In this document: positions 39,074-51,947 of the stretch, one piece after another
Layout: each line of letters starts with the position of its first letter
Position numbering within the stretch: position 1 is the first letter of the stretch
Source: Squalus acanthias
Taxonomy: Eukaryota
Length of the DNA: 64,000 nt
NCBI GenBank assembly: GCA_030390025.1
Contig: CM059432.1
Coordinates: 52,020,001-52,084,000 of the forward strand
Direction of reading: 5' to 3'
Position numbers and translations under genes: made by a program
Notes under the pieces: model-generated
The model's database searches: none
Seen by the model: the letters and a program-made list of their open reading frames with translations, nothing else
Told to the model about the DNA's origin: nothing

Positions 39074-41323
39074 ATGGCTGAGCCCCAGCACAGGGAGACG
39101 TGTCTCTTGAGGCACTGGTGGTGGCCGTGGAGAGGAGGCGAGCTGTCCTTTTCCTGCAGACTGGCAGGAAGCCCTTGCCATATACATCTCGAAGGTTCTG
39201 GCAAGAGATTTCCGCCTATGTGACGGCCAGCACTGTGGTCCCCAGGTCGGCAATCCAGTGCCGCAAGAAGTTTAATGACTTCACATGGCAGGTCAAGGTG
39301 AGTGAAGGCTTCAGCAAATACCATATCCCACCATCTGCACCACAAGCCTCACACACTGCTCAATGCACCACACCCCCAGCACTCACCTACCAACAATCTC
39401 TACCTGTCACCACTCAGACCTCATAATCATAGCTTCACTTCACCCTCACAACCTTACCACTGCTGCAACACTCACACCCACATCTCACACCTTGCACACA
39501 CTGACAGCTATTCAACTATGGCAGGCACATCACCCAAACACATTGCACCACACTCACACACTTCCCTTTCTCTTGCAGGCCAAGGTCACACAAAACAGGA
39601 GGGAGCAGCAGCAGACAGGCGGGGGGCAAGCCACTACAGAACCTCCCCGACCTGGAGGAGAGAGTACTGGAAATCATTGGGCGGCAGATCATGGAGGCCG
39701 TGGCAACCGGCGAGGTTGAAGCCCTTGGGGACAACAACGGTATGTTCATTCCTAATCCTTCATCTCACATCCCACTTCCCCCTCATCCCAAAATTTCTTC
39801 TCACTTTCAAGCTGCTGATGCTGTATGCATGCATATCTTGCTTTCTCTCCCCTCCCCTCCCCTCCCCTCACCATAAACCGACTCTTGTGCCTTTCTGCTT
39901 TCAGCTAATAAAGAACAAGCACCCAAGCTGCCTGTCCCTGAGGTGATGCAAGAGAGCGAGGGGAAAAGAAGAAGATGAAGAAGACACTGCATCACTACAT
40001 CTGTCACACGCAGACACCAGCTCAGAAACTGGCACTGCGCATACTTTAGAGGCTAGTGTAGAAGCAGTATCTGCACAGGGTGAGGCACCGGGTACGAGTG
40101 GGCTGCAGCAAGGCCAGGGGGAAGGGTAGCTCGGGGGCCAGCTCCCTGGAGGGTGAGTTCGCACGTGAGTTCTGCTGCACAAGCGGCACGGCAAGAGAGC
40201 CCCAGGTGGGCAGAGGAAACGCTTCAAGGACACCCTCAAAGCCTCCTTGAAAAAGTGTAACATCCCCACCGACACCTGGGAATCCCTGGTCCAAGACCGC
40301 ACAAAGTGGAGGAGAAGCATCCGGGAAGGCGCCGAACACCTCGAGTCTCTTCGCCGGGAGCAAGCGGAAGCCAAGCGCAGGCAGCGCAAGGAGCGCACGT
40401 CAACCCAAGCACCCCACCCACCTGCTCCTTCAACCACCGTCTGCCCCACCTGTGACAGAGACTGTAGGTCCCGCATTGGACTCATCAGTCACCTGCGAAC
40501 TCATTTTTAATGTGGAAGCAAGTCATCCTCAGTTCCGAGGGACTGCCTAAGAAGAAGAAGAAGGACAAGGACTCAGATGAGGACCACGATGGGGAGGCCT
40601 TTAGAAGAAGGGTGATGGGCATGCACACCAAATTGCTAGGTGCAATGGCAAGCTTGCCAGTGAGCCTCAAGGAGTATCGAGGAGTCCACCTCCAACATTG
40701 CACGGGGCTTTGCGCTGAGCTTGGAGCCCAGGATTTCCAGGCTGGAAATGATGGAAAACTCCCGAAGAGACCGTGTCGACCCAGACATGATGCTGCGTGT
40801 GATGAGCAGAAGCGACGCAATGTCTTAGTGCTGCAGCGGACGCGTAGACTGCTCTCATGAAGACTCAGCTTGCTGCCACCCAAGTACCACTGCTGCCTCC
40901 TGGCTGGGTTTACCAGTGTCGACCGGGACTTGCAGGGTGTCACAGCAGGCCAGCAATCTGTGCTCCAATAGATTGCTAGGGATGCTGAGGCGCCGGCCCG
41001 GGGGAGTGGCAGTGAGTCAGTGGAGCAGGACCCTGCTCTCCTCTCTCAGGATGACAGCATTCCTGTTCCCACCGCTGCCACTCCGCCATTGCCCTTGCTG
41101 TTGCCTGGCAGCCAGCCAGCCCAGACTACTGCCGCCCATGCTGAGGTCGTGCAGTCTGCAGCTGGGCCTTCTAGGACCAGAGCTGCTCGAAGTCTTCCCC
41201 ATTTAAACTCAACTGCCTTCCACCAGCCATGCTACAGCCACTGAGGGAGCACTTCGTAGGAGCTTGAGATCAGGAAAGGGCACCCGAACGACAGGCACTA
41301 AGGGATTGCACAAGGATGATTCG
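39074..41323 (+). pseudogene. Harbinger Myb/SANT gene; exons ~39074-39297, 39579-39739, 39905-41323; RTE inserted in exon 3
   Basis: SLEALVVAVERRRAVLF...FWQEISAYV...QCRKKFNDF; donors AAG|gtgagt and ACG|gtatgt; acceptors ttgcag| and tttcag|. Confidence 0.85.
40184..40564 (+). mobile_element. RTE-clade LINE 3' fragment
   Basis: GKRAPGGQRKRFKDTLKASL...QDRTKWRR...CPTCDRDCRSRIGLISHLRTH*; (AAG)n tail; ACAAG duplicated at 40179 and 40565; absent from copy 1. Confidence 0.88.
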
Positions 41324-41490
41324 TTCATATCGTATGTGTCATTTGATTTTTGATAAATTTATTAATTTTGTTCGTAATCTTTTGTGGTGGCTCTCAGTTC
41401 AGCTTTGTGCCCAGGAGGACGCTGTGATATTCCATGACAGAGGGATGGTATGATGGGGATGTGGTGAGCAACGGGGATCTGGGGTTTCAT

Positions 41491-42669
41491 TCATTGGAAT
41501 CAGAGTCTAATGAGGCGTTCACGGATAGCCCGTCTGGAAGGGGGATTGACTGCCTGCTTCCTCCCTTCCTCCTCTTTCTCTTCCTCTTTCTCGCCTTCCT
41601 CTTTCTCCTCCTCCTCCTCCTCCTCTTCTCCTTCGTCCTCCTCCTGAGGTAGTCCCGTAATCCCTGCTGGCAAGGGCTGGGCCCTCATGATGGCCAAGTT
41701 GTGGAGGATACAGCAGCCCACCATGAAATGGGACACCCACTCCGCCGAGTACTGGAGGGCTCCTCTCGAGCGGTCAAGGCAGCGGAACCGTTGCTTCAGT
41801 AGCTCGATGACGTTCCGGGTGGCAGCATGGCTCTCATTAGATCAGTGCTGGGCATGAGTGCTGGGGCTGCAGAGCAGAGTCATCATCCAGGTGCAGAGCG
41901 GATAGTCCTTGTCTCCGAGCAGCCACCCTCAAGTTTCATGTGGTGGCTGGAAGATTGCTGGCACACCGGACTGACGCAGGATGAAGGCATCATGGCTGCT
42001 GCCAGGATAGCGGGCATTGACCATCAGGAGGCGCTGGTCGTGGTCACACAACAACTGCACATTAAGTGAGTGGTAGCCTTTGCGGTTACGGAAGATCTCA
42101 GGATTGTTATGCGGCACCCACAAAGCCACGTGGGTGCAGTCAATTGTGCCCTACACCATGGGGAAGCCCAGTATCCAGGCAAAGCCACATGCGCGCTCCT
42201 CCTGCTTTTCTCTGCTCAGAGAAGAAAACATAGTCCCTTCTCCTGGTGTAGAGAGCCTCGGTGACCTCCTGGATGCAGCGATGTACAGCAAACTGGGAGA
42301 TGTTAGCTATGTCTCCTGCTGCACACTGAAAAGATCTGCTGGCGAAGGAATTGAGGGCCATGGTGACCTTGATTGCAACTGGGAGCAATGTGGTCGCCCT
42401 GCTCTCAGGCTGCAGGTCTGGTTGCAGGAGGTGGCAGAGTTCTGTGATCACCTCCTTGGTGAAGAGGAGCCTCCAAATACACTGCTCCTGGCTTAAGTGG
42501 AGTTAAGAGAAGTGGACTCGGAAGACATTGGTGGGTAAGGCCTCCTGTTGAGATCCCTTCTGGTCCACCTCCTCCTCCCTTTGTGCGCATCTTCTTGTCA
42601 TCTTCGCTGCCTCTGCTCCCTCTCCCTAAGATATTCGAGCGCGAGGGGGACAGCCAGTAGAGTCCCCAT
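41491..42669 (-). pseudogene. HARBI1-like transposase, frameshifted, with a C-terminal poly-Glu tract
   Basis: ORFs 42140..42451, 41929..42129 (KGYHSLNVQLLCD...GSSHDAFIL) and 41500..41736 (CCILHN...RERLIRL). Confidence 0.9.
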
Positions 42670-43039
42670 GACTGTGAGCAAGTGCTGTAAGCAGAAGACT
42701 TTAAATAAGAATGAAGGCGTTCTCCACTCGCAACAACACTTACCTTAGAACCTTGAAAGAAGTTAATAAAGCTGCTGAAGTTGCACAGAGCCAGTCAAAC
42801 TGAAGAAACATGTCAGGTGGAAGTTGTTGCTGATGATCCCTTTAAATACCGCTGCTGGAGCCTCCTTCCTGATTCTCAACGCTTGCTCAGCTCGTCGCAC
42901 TTAAGGCAAGCCGGTACGTGAAGCAGCAAAGTCAAAACTCGCAGATCGGGCATCAAGTGAGCGTTGCACTCTCACTGACATCATGATCTGTATAATCTAC
43001 ATAATTTTGGCAAGCGCCGACACCTCGCAATCCCTGTAG

Positions 43040-43710
43040 TGGGAACTTCGGGTTTTCCAACCTTCAATTCAATTCAACGAAGTATAGTGGGGATCCCCTT
43101 GTTCGAGCTGCTGTGACGTCAACAGGCTGTCTAAGCAGCCAATCAAAAGACAGAATTCTCACAGACAGCGAACGTGGAAGTGAGTAAACTCTTAAAATTC
43201 TCACTTTTTAAAATAGTTAGAGAGAGCAAAAGAAAGACAGGGGCTCTCACATGGGAAAAGGCAAACCTAAAATAAAGATGGGCAAAATTTAAAATCATTT
43301 TTTTTAATGTTTTTGGAACAGTTTCTTAAAAAGGGATAAATTTCACACTGCACAAAATTAAAATTAGTTTTTCTGGCCCTTAACATTTGTTTAGCAGTCA
43401 ATACGCTGTTAAAACTCCAGTTACACCTAATCCTTTTGGGTCTAACTTTTAGTGGGGAATTTAACAGAGTAATTACTGAGGAAGAGCCGAAGTTTTCGTC
43501 AGTTTCAATGATTTGGCTGATTACACTGATTGACGGCTCTGTGGCTGTGGGGGGGCGGCGCACAGTGCAGTCTATTTCGGAGCTGTCAATGACTGACCGC
43601 AACCTCAGGATTTCCGCATGGGCCAAATCCCAAAGTTGCGATCAGTTTCAAAGGCGGAATGATGCTGAACGCTGCCAGGTCGCCGTCAACCCGACCGCAA
43701 ATTCTGGGCC
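43040..43710. mobile_element. Right end of a Harbinger-type MITE abutting copy 2
   Basis: Ends ccgaccgcaaattctgggcc followed by aat, nearly identical to the family A end at 11971; AT-rich core. Confidence 0.65.
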
Positions 43711-44811
43711 AATATTTTGAACAGTATAATTTTGAGTGGCATTAAGCACCAACACAAAACCAGCTTTTTTTTCACGTATCAAGTTTACTATATATTTTAG
43801 AGAAATTCTGAAAATTGGTGCCTGTTTACTAAGGTAAAATTTAAGTGGTAAAATCAGATTTCAGATTTTTGCCAGTTATTAAAAATCTGCCAAACAAACT
43901 CAGCTGTGAAAGTAAAGAAAATGTGTGACATTTTTTGATGGGAAAAGATTACAAACTTTGATTGATCACCTCACTTCTTTATTTAATGTCAGCCAGCTCA
44001 AATGAAAAAAATCCTCTTGATCTTTATTACAGTGCCGTCTTTGTAGTTTTATACAATGAAAAATGTGACAGATACAGAAGAGATGTCGTGGGCAAGTGTG
44101 CGATTCAGAAATAACAATCACTTGTGAGTTATGTAGCTAATTTTCACTGGGGAAACATTAACCCATCGACTGCCAATCACTCCAGGCCAAAAAAAGGCAA
44201 CAGAGACAGCGCAGTGAGGCTTATTCCACACCCTCCCCCCTTAGAAATATGTCAATAATTTCTGTTAGGATTACCTTCCGTGATAACTTTGGTAGAGATC
44301 AGCGGAAATCCAGAAAAATGGTGGAAATGGTCGTTTATGCCATTTCTCCAGGGTTTCCATTGATCTTCCATTGAAGTTACAACAGAAATTCAAGAGATTC
44401 ATGCACAAATACTATCCCATAGTCACAATGAGTTCATCGAAATGGCAGCACCAGAGAACCACTGCTGATTAAAATAAATAACTATTTACAATTGTTTTGT
44501 TAAAGGCACCGAAACTAACAATAACAAGATACTTATTTGTGAGTGTTTATTTTTATACCTTCTTTCCCCTTTAAGTATCAACATATTTTGAATCATCCAG
44601 TGTATTTCAAAAGCAAGGTAGGTGCTGTTAAGTTGCCTCATAATCTCTTGATGCTATGAAAAGTAATATTCAATTGCCTTTCAATACCAGGTAACTTTCT
44701 GCCTTGCAGCCCTTTGATGAGAGGCTTATCGGAGCATAAATCGGCATCTTATGTGACATTATAAAGTTCCACTTCAGTGACGTCATGGCTTCCCTAAGTC
44801 CATGTTAGGAA

Positions 44812-45180
44812 CCATCAAAATCATGAGGGGTCTGGACAGAGTAGATAGAGAGAAACTGTTCCCATTGGCGGAAGGGTCGAGAACCAGAGGACACAGATTT
44901 AAGGTGATTGGCAGAAGAACCAAAGGCGACATGAGGAAAAACATTTTTACGCAGTGAGTGGTTAGGATCTGGAATGCACTGCCTGAAAGGGTGGTGGAGG
45001 CAGACTCAATCATGGCTTTCAAAAGGGAGTTGGATAAGTACCTGAAGGAAAAAAAATTGCAGGGCTACGGGGAAAGGGCGGGGGAGTGGGACTAGCTGAA
45101 GTGCTCTTGCAGAGAGCAGGCATGGGCTCGATGGGCCGAATGGCCTCCTTCTGTGCTGTAACCATTCTATGATTCTATGA
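44812..45180 (+). mobile_element. CR1 3' fragment
   Basis: KIMRGLDRVDREKLFPLAEGSRTRGH; (attctatg)n tail. Confidence 0.85.
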
Positions 45181-45312
45181 TCTGCTCGCAGAGTGCCTTG
45201 GCCAGCATAGAATCATAGCATCATAGAATGGTTACTATTCACAAATCCAGGTAATTTATATATAGAATGAATACCTGGGAATAGAGCACATATACACTGT
45301 ATTGAACTATGC

Positions 45313-46665
45313 AACAACAACAACTTGCATTTATATAACGCCTTTAACGTAATAAAAAATGCCAAGGCGCGTCACAGGAGCATTATAAATCAAAATTTGA
45401 CACCGAGCCACATAAGGAGAAATATTAAGGAGCATCTTAAAGGAGGAGAGAGAGGTGGATATATTTAAGGAGGGAATTCCAGAGCTTAGGGCCTAGGCAT
45501 TCAGAGTTGTTAATTACATAGAGCCTACAGCCATGGCCGCAATGGTGGAGCAAAGAAATCAGGGAAGAAATCGGGGATGCGCAAGAGGCCAGAATTGGAG
45601 GAGCGCAGAGATCTCAGAGGGTTGTAGGGCTGGAGGAGGATACAGAGATAGGGAGGGGGCGAGGTTATGGAGTGATTTGAAAACAAAGTGAGAATTTTAA
45701 AATTGAGGCGTTGACTGACTGGGAGCCAATGTAGATCAGTGAGCACAGGGGTGATGGGTGAACAAGACTTGGTGCGAGATAGGATACAGGATGCAGAGTT
45801 TTCGATGAGCTCAAGTTTATGGAGGGTGAAAGATGGGAGGCCAGCCAGGAGTGCGTTAGAATAATCAAGACTAGAGGTAACAAAGGCATGGATGAGGGTT
45901 TCAGTAGCAGATGAACTGAAACTAGGGTGGAGGCGGGTAATGTTATGGAGATGGAAGTAGGCAGTCTTGGTGATGGAGAGGAAATGGCATTGGAAGCTGA
46001 GCTCGGGGTCAAATCCGACTAGTTGCAAACAAGGTTGCAAAGAGTTTGGTTCAGCATCAGACAGTGGCCAGGGAAAGAGATGGAGTCAGTGGCTAGGGAA
46101 CGGAGCTTGTGGCGGGGACCGAAGACAATGGCTTGGGTCTTCCCAATATTTAGTTGAAGGCAATTTCTGCTCATCCAATACTGGATCTCGGACAAGCAGC
46201 ATGACAAGTCAGAGGCAGTAGAGGGGTTGAGAGATGGTGGTGAGGTAGAACTGGGTGTTATCAATGTACACGTGGAACCTGACATTGTGTTTGTGGATGA
46301 TGTTGCCGACAGGCAACTTGTCGATGAGAAATAGGAGGAGTCCAAGGATAGATCCTTTGGGAACTCCAAAGGTAATGGTGCAAGAGCGGGAAGAGAAGCC
46401 ATTGCAGGAGTTTTTCTAGCTACGATTGAATAGATAGGAATGGAACCCGCTCGAGCAGTCCCATCCAGCTGGACAACAGAGGAGGGTGTGGGCAACTGTG
46501 TCAAAGTCCGCAGACAGGCTGCAAAGGATGAGGAGGGACAGTTCACCATGGTCACAGTCACATAGGACATCATTTATGACCGTGATAAGGGCCATTTCAG
46601 TGCTGTGGCAGGGGTGGAAACCTGATTGGAGCGGTTCGAACACGGACTTGTGGGAAAGATGGGCA
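45313..46665 (-). mobile_element. L2 LINE fragment (RT C-terminal half plus 3' tail)
   Basis: QSGFHPCHSTE, LQLNIGKT, LIHAFVTSSLDYSNALL, LHWLPV; (caa)n-cttgcatttatata tail. Confidence 0.88.
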
Positions 46666-47578
46666 TATTTTGGGACGCGAAAGCACATTCTAGGACTTTT
46701 GAGAGGAAAGGCAGACCAGAATGAGGCCAGGTTCCATTCCCAGTCTGTGACATGTGAGCTTGGTCAGGGCAACAGTTGGAGCACGCTGAATGACCTCAGT
46801 GTACCTAAGTTTGAGAAAGGGAAAGTTAGCCTGGATTCCTGCTCCTGACTGTTCTCTAGTGACCCCTGCTGGAAAATATGTATATATGCACATCAAGGAC
46901 AGGATTGGGCTCAGTTGTCATGTTCTTCAAACTCACTCAAACTCACTAGGTCCACTCGTGGAGAATGGCCACTTGGCTGAGATACTGGGGGCAGCTATGG
47001 AAAATAATCCTTTTAAGTAAAAATCTGCTTTGTTTTATAACAAACATTGAATGGTCAAATCTGTGCAAAATAAAACCTGCAAACATCTTAACTACATTTT
47101 AAACATTTGGAAAAAGGGAAAGGGCAATATTCCGCTGAATTTATTCATTAAAATACAAAACAAATAGTGATTACTAAACACTGAAATCTATCACAAAATA
47201 ATTATGTTTTACATTTCAATACCTTCCATTCAAATAGAAATTCCAGCAGGAAGTGGAAACAAACACCTGGTGTTAGAATGTTATTTTGCCAGGTATCCTA
47301 CAGATCCAGCATAATTACCTTGTTAAATATTGTCAGAAATATATTGAACACTGATTGTCAGTACCACTGATAAGATGTTCTCTTACATTTTGAATTACAG
47401 CCTCAGGTAGGCCAAGAAGCATATTCTTTCTTCAATGAGTGATTCCACCATATATGAATATTAACTTAGTCAAAATGATTTACAATGTCAGTTACTGTTC
47501 CAATTTTTCAATATTTTGAAATCTTGTCTGCCAACCCAGAAAAGCAGGATGTCACATCGCTAAATTATATTTAACTAG

Positions 47579-47793
47579 GTTCCACAAGATGAATGGAGTG
47601 GCTATTCTCCACAAGGCAAAGAAGATGAAATTCCTTGTCGGCGAATGCGCAGTGGCAGCTACATTAAAGCAATGGGAGATGATGACAGCGGGGACTCAGA
47701 CACCAGCCCTAAACCTTCTCCAAAGATTTCTGCACGGCGTGAGAGCTATCTCAAGGCCACACAGCCATCCCTAACAGAGCTCAGCGCACTCAA
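47579..47793 (+). CDS. DLGAP1: DLGAP1 coding exon (VPQDEWSGYSPQGKEDEIPCRRMRSGSYIKAMGDDDSGDSDTSPKPSPKISARRESYLKATQPSLTELSALK)
   Basis: Translated by hand (missing from the ORF track). tag|GTT acceptor and AA|gtaagt donor; 215 nt, phase 0 to 2; contains GK-binding repeats 1-2. Confidence 0.95.
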
Positions 47794-48119
47794 GTAAGTA
47801 ACAGTGCATGTTTAAAACATCATAAGCTGACAACAACATTGGCATCTTTATGTATTTTGCTATTCATTCTTGGAATGTGGGCACCATTGGCAAGGCGGGC
47901 ATTTATTGCCGATCCCCACTTGCCCTGAGAAGTTGGTTGCGGGCCTTCTTCTTGAACCGCTGCAGCAGTTTAATCCAACTGAGTGGCTTGCTAGGCCAGT
48001 CAGAGGGCAATTAAGAGTCAACCACGTTGATGTGGGAGTGGAGTCACATATAGGCCAGATCGGGGAAGTACGGCAGGTTTCCTTCTCTAAGGGGCATTAA
48101 TGAACCAGTTAGGCTTGGA

Positions 48120-48725
48120 TGAAGCCACAAAAAAGGCCATCAGCATTTTGGGGTTTATAAATAGGGATATAGAGTACAAGAGTAAAGAAATAATAATAGA
48201 TTTATGTAAATCCTAGGTTAGGCCACAGTTTACTGCGTCATTATAGAAAAAACTTTAAAGCCATAGAAGGTATACAGTGTAAATTCACCAGGATGATGTC
48301 AGGGATGGGAAACCATAGTTATCAGGAGATTTGAGATGGTGGGATTATTTCCACACACATAGAGAAGGCCAACAGGAGACTTAAAGGTTTTTCATATTAT
48401 GAAGGGCTTTGATAGAGTGAATAGGGAATGACTATTTCTGATTGGGGAGTTAGTGATGAGGGGTCATCAATTTAAAACTCAAAAGAGTGAGGAGAGAGGT
48501 TAGGAGAAATTTATACACAGGGAGTTGGAAGGTGAAATGCTGGTTGAGAGAGACAAATGCATCTTTTAAGGGAAAATTGGATAAATAGTTGAAGTAGAGA
48601 AAGATACAGGGCTATGGGGAGAGAGTGGGGCAGCAAGATTGGTTTGGATTGCTCTAATAAATACCCATTACAAAAATGATGGGCCAAATGGCTTTCTTCT
48701 GTGCTGTAAATGTCTGTGGTTCTAT
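48120..48725 (+). mobile_element. Degenerate CR1 3' fragment
   Basis: Eroded ORF2 C-terminus plus gatgggccaaatggc tail. Confidence 0.7.
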
Positions 48726-49032
48726 AGTTCTAAGAGGCCAGACTTAGAAGAATGGAGAGTTTGAAAAGGGTTTTACGGCTGGAAAAGGTTACAGAGGTTG
48801 GAGGTGCTAACGGCAGGCACAAAGGAGCTGAATTTCTAGCCCTAAGATCATGAAGATTTAAAGACAAGCACAAGTATTTTAAATGTGAGATGTTGATAAT
48901 TAGGAATATATGTACATCAGTGAGGACAAAATAAACCAAAACAAATGAGACTAAGCAGGACAATGGGTATTGCAATATTAAATTGAAATGAATGCCTTGT
49001 ACCATAACTAGATTTTCTTAGATATCAACAAT

Positions 49033-49767
49033 GGGCCAGACTTTGCTGATAAAATAACAGTGTCTGAATGATACATGCCATTATTAATGTGCAACTCGGC
49101 CAGTAACTTGTAGCGAGGAAGAGATACCCCGTGAATTGCAAATTGCCACAAGTTGCTGGCCATTAGCTTTGCCAAAACAGCATCTCGTGATTTTCATGAA
49201 GTTGCTGTATTTGCGCATTAATTGCCCATTAAACTCGCCAGAGAAAGTTAAGTCTAGTAATTATTAGCGCAAGTACCCTTTTAACAATGTGATAATTGTT
49301 AATGGTTGCCAATCAACCTCTTTTGCCCAGAAAGTGTGTTTATTAGTGTGGAGTCTCATTCCTTCAGGTTGTGAATTGTTTTAGGATATTTTAAAAATGC
49401 ATTATTTTAAATTTTTCTGATTTTTCTCTTATTTTTTCTTTGTCACTTTTTTCTCTCTCTTAATCCAATCTTTCTTTCCCTCTTTATTTCTCTTTCCGTA
49501 CCTGATTTGACATTGAACTCACCCACTCTAACTCACTCTCCATTGCAGTCCTTCATCTATTTATTTCTCAATTCTTGTAATCTCATTAGTTAAGTAGATA
49601 TATTGTTTGTCCAATTGTTCATCAAGGTCCCTGTTTCCTCGCTGCGCCAGTGTGATCTTGCACTTCCAGCAGTTTTGTGGACAAAAACTTTTCAAGTCTA
49701 AACGTGCACGAACAAGTCTAACTAACGGGCCCACCGCGAGATGCCCTGCTCCAGCAAAATCTGGTCC
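49033..49767. mobile_element. 735-bp MITE
   Basis: TIRs GGGCCAGACTTTGCTG / GGACCAGATTTTGCTG (14/16). Confidence 0.75.
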
Positions 49768-50231
49768 TTCATTTATGTTCTCCGGTACTTAACGCAACAA
49801 CTCTGGTTACCTTAATTATACTCAATAGTCACTACTTATTTACTTTGATCCAACTTAAATTATGAAACTTGTTATGGGTGACGAACTCAAGAGTGCAAAT
49901 TGTTGTGTGACAAACCTGTGTCATGTTCCCAGGGACTGCTCACGTAAGTTACTCAACTCGTTATCTGTAGTGACCACCAACAGAAAACCAGTATTTATAA
50001 TTTAATAATTTGACCAGACATTCAGTCTATTAACTCAGATCAGTTAGCACCAATTACTCTAACTCAGTTCAGACCCAAAAGCAGAGGGAATTAATATTTC
50101 AAAATAACACATATATAAATAATCTACATATACTGAATAAAAATGTATAAACGTTAAGACATTCATACATTGCTGTTTAGTTCCAAGTGAGATCACTGAT
50201 TCTCATGTGATACCATTGGTCCAGTAGTGCC

Positions 50232-50505
50232 CAACAACAACTTGCATTTATATAGCGTCTTTAACGTAGTAAAATGTCCCAAGACGCTTCACAAGAACTT
50301 ATCAGACAAAATTTGACACCGAGCCACATTAGGAGACCAAAACCTTGGTGAAAGAGGTACGTTTTAAGGAGCAACTTAATGGAGGAGAGAGAGGTGGAGA
50401 GGTTTAGGGTGGGAATTCCAGAGCTTAGGGCCTAAGCAGCTGAAGGCACGGCTTCCAATGGTGGATCAAAGGAAATCGGGGATGCATAAGAGGCCAGAAT
50501 GGCCA
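50232..50505 (-). mobile_element. L2 3' fragment (another at ~58158-58345)
   Basis: Matches 45313-45600. Confidence 0.8.
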
Positions 50506-51277
50506 ATAGTAACTGACAGCCATATTAGTCCTGTAGTGACTGATAGTCAAAAAGCAATAGGAACCCTAAATTCATACATTTATGCAGACACAAAATTTAG
50601 TAGAAAACTAGGCCACATGATCATTTCTTCTGTTTCCCAGACTCGATGCTAATATCGCTGTTTTGGTACCTCCTACATCTTTTAGGCTCTTGCCAATCTT
50701 CTTCATCCCACTACCACTGAGTCATCTAACCGCCCCCAGCTTTCCCACTGTGATGGGAATCAGCAACGTAGTTTTTGTCATGTATGGCAATATTAACAGG
50801 GAAATTAGCTTTCTATTTTAATAACTGGTAGATATTAAGCAGAACTGCCTGCAATTAATACTGTTTACTTCATTGTCACTGTTTACATAGGGTTATGTAG
50901 AAAATTGCAACAAGAAAAACTTCTTTAGTTTGTCTACAAATTGCACAGCTTTGTTTATTTTATAAAGATAGATCATTCCAGTTATTTGGCTCTTTTCATT
51001 AAAAAAACAATCAGTGGAGTGAAACACAGAGAGGTAAAGAAATTGAGAATGAAGGTTTAAAGAAAAATATTACAGCCTCAGTGGAGCTGTTCTAGTTATG
51101 TGAAGCGAAATGAACATAATTAAGTCGATTAATTAAGTCAATTTCATTTATCACTTCCTCCAAATGCAATCCTTCAATATCACATCCAATCATATCCAAA
51201 GGTTTTCTTTAAAAATGGTTTTCAAATTCTTCTTCACTCCTAAAATAATTTTCATTCACTGATTTGTGGAAGATTAT

Positions 51278-51947
51278 GGCCCGTATTTTCCGATCCCTAC
51301 GGATGCGTACGGGTTGTGTACACACCCGTAGGGACTTCGCAAGTGCCGGTTTCAGGCATGCGAAGCACATGTGCTGAAAACCGGCATTTCCGATCTGTCA
51401 AGAATCCTCTAGACAGATCGCACGCCTGCCCTGGAGAAGGGCCTCTGCGGGCGGAGAGTTCCGCTTTCTGGAGAACCTCCGCCCGCAGAAATCACTTAAA
51501 AATCATACGCCTGAATACTTCTAAAAAAGGTAAGTTTATTTTTAGCCCCATAAAAAACTTAATTATTTTTTTCAAAAAGTTAAATTTTTGTTTAAAATAT
51601 TGAATTTAATGTAATTTTAACTCATTTTAAACACGTGATTTTTTAAAAACTTTATTTAATGTTTTAATGTCTTTTTTCAGTGATCCCCATTCATACTTTT
51701 GACAGGTCTATCTGTCAAAAGTATGAAGGGGGATTCCCTTCTCCCATTGGCTTGCCTGGCCCATGTGATCCCAGGGATGCTTGCGAACCACATGCGCCCC
51801 TGGGATACATGGGCCCTGCGCATTTCATAGAGCAGAGGCCCAGGATCGGAAATGGCCGCACCTCTGGAGCCCTCAGGTAAGGGCGTAGATTTTTTCCCGA
51901 TAGGAAGCATCCGCACGCAGGAAGCCTCCTATCGGAAATTACGGGCC
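51278..51947 (+). mobile_element. MITE family A relative
   Basis: TIRs GGCCCGTATTTTCCGAT / GGCCCGTAATTTCCGAT (16/17); collinear with 8417-11971. Confidence 0.85.

Larger units (their letters stand above)
38761..43035. mobile_element. PIF/Harbinger DNA transposon copy 2 (inverted relative to copy 1)
   Basis: Left TIR GGCCTAGAAATTGGAT; Myb (+) and transposase (-); homology to copy 1 runs to about 43035. Confidence 0.9.

Noticed and set aside
7422..47578. Alternative first exon(s) of short GKAP isoforms (candidate donors near 16135, 26182 and 44690)
   Set aside because: No in-frame ATG-initiated phase-0 exon with recognisable similarity could be identified by eye.
7422..47578. U12-type intron (suggested by the poor pyrimidine tract)
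   Set aside because: The donor GTATGCAT is not GTATCCTT and there is no TCCTTAAC branch site.
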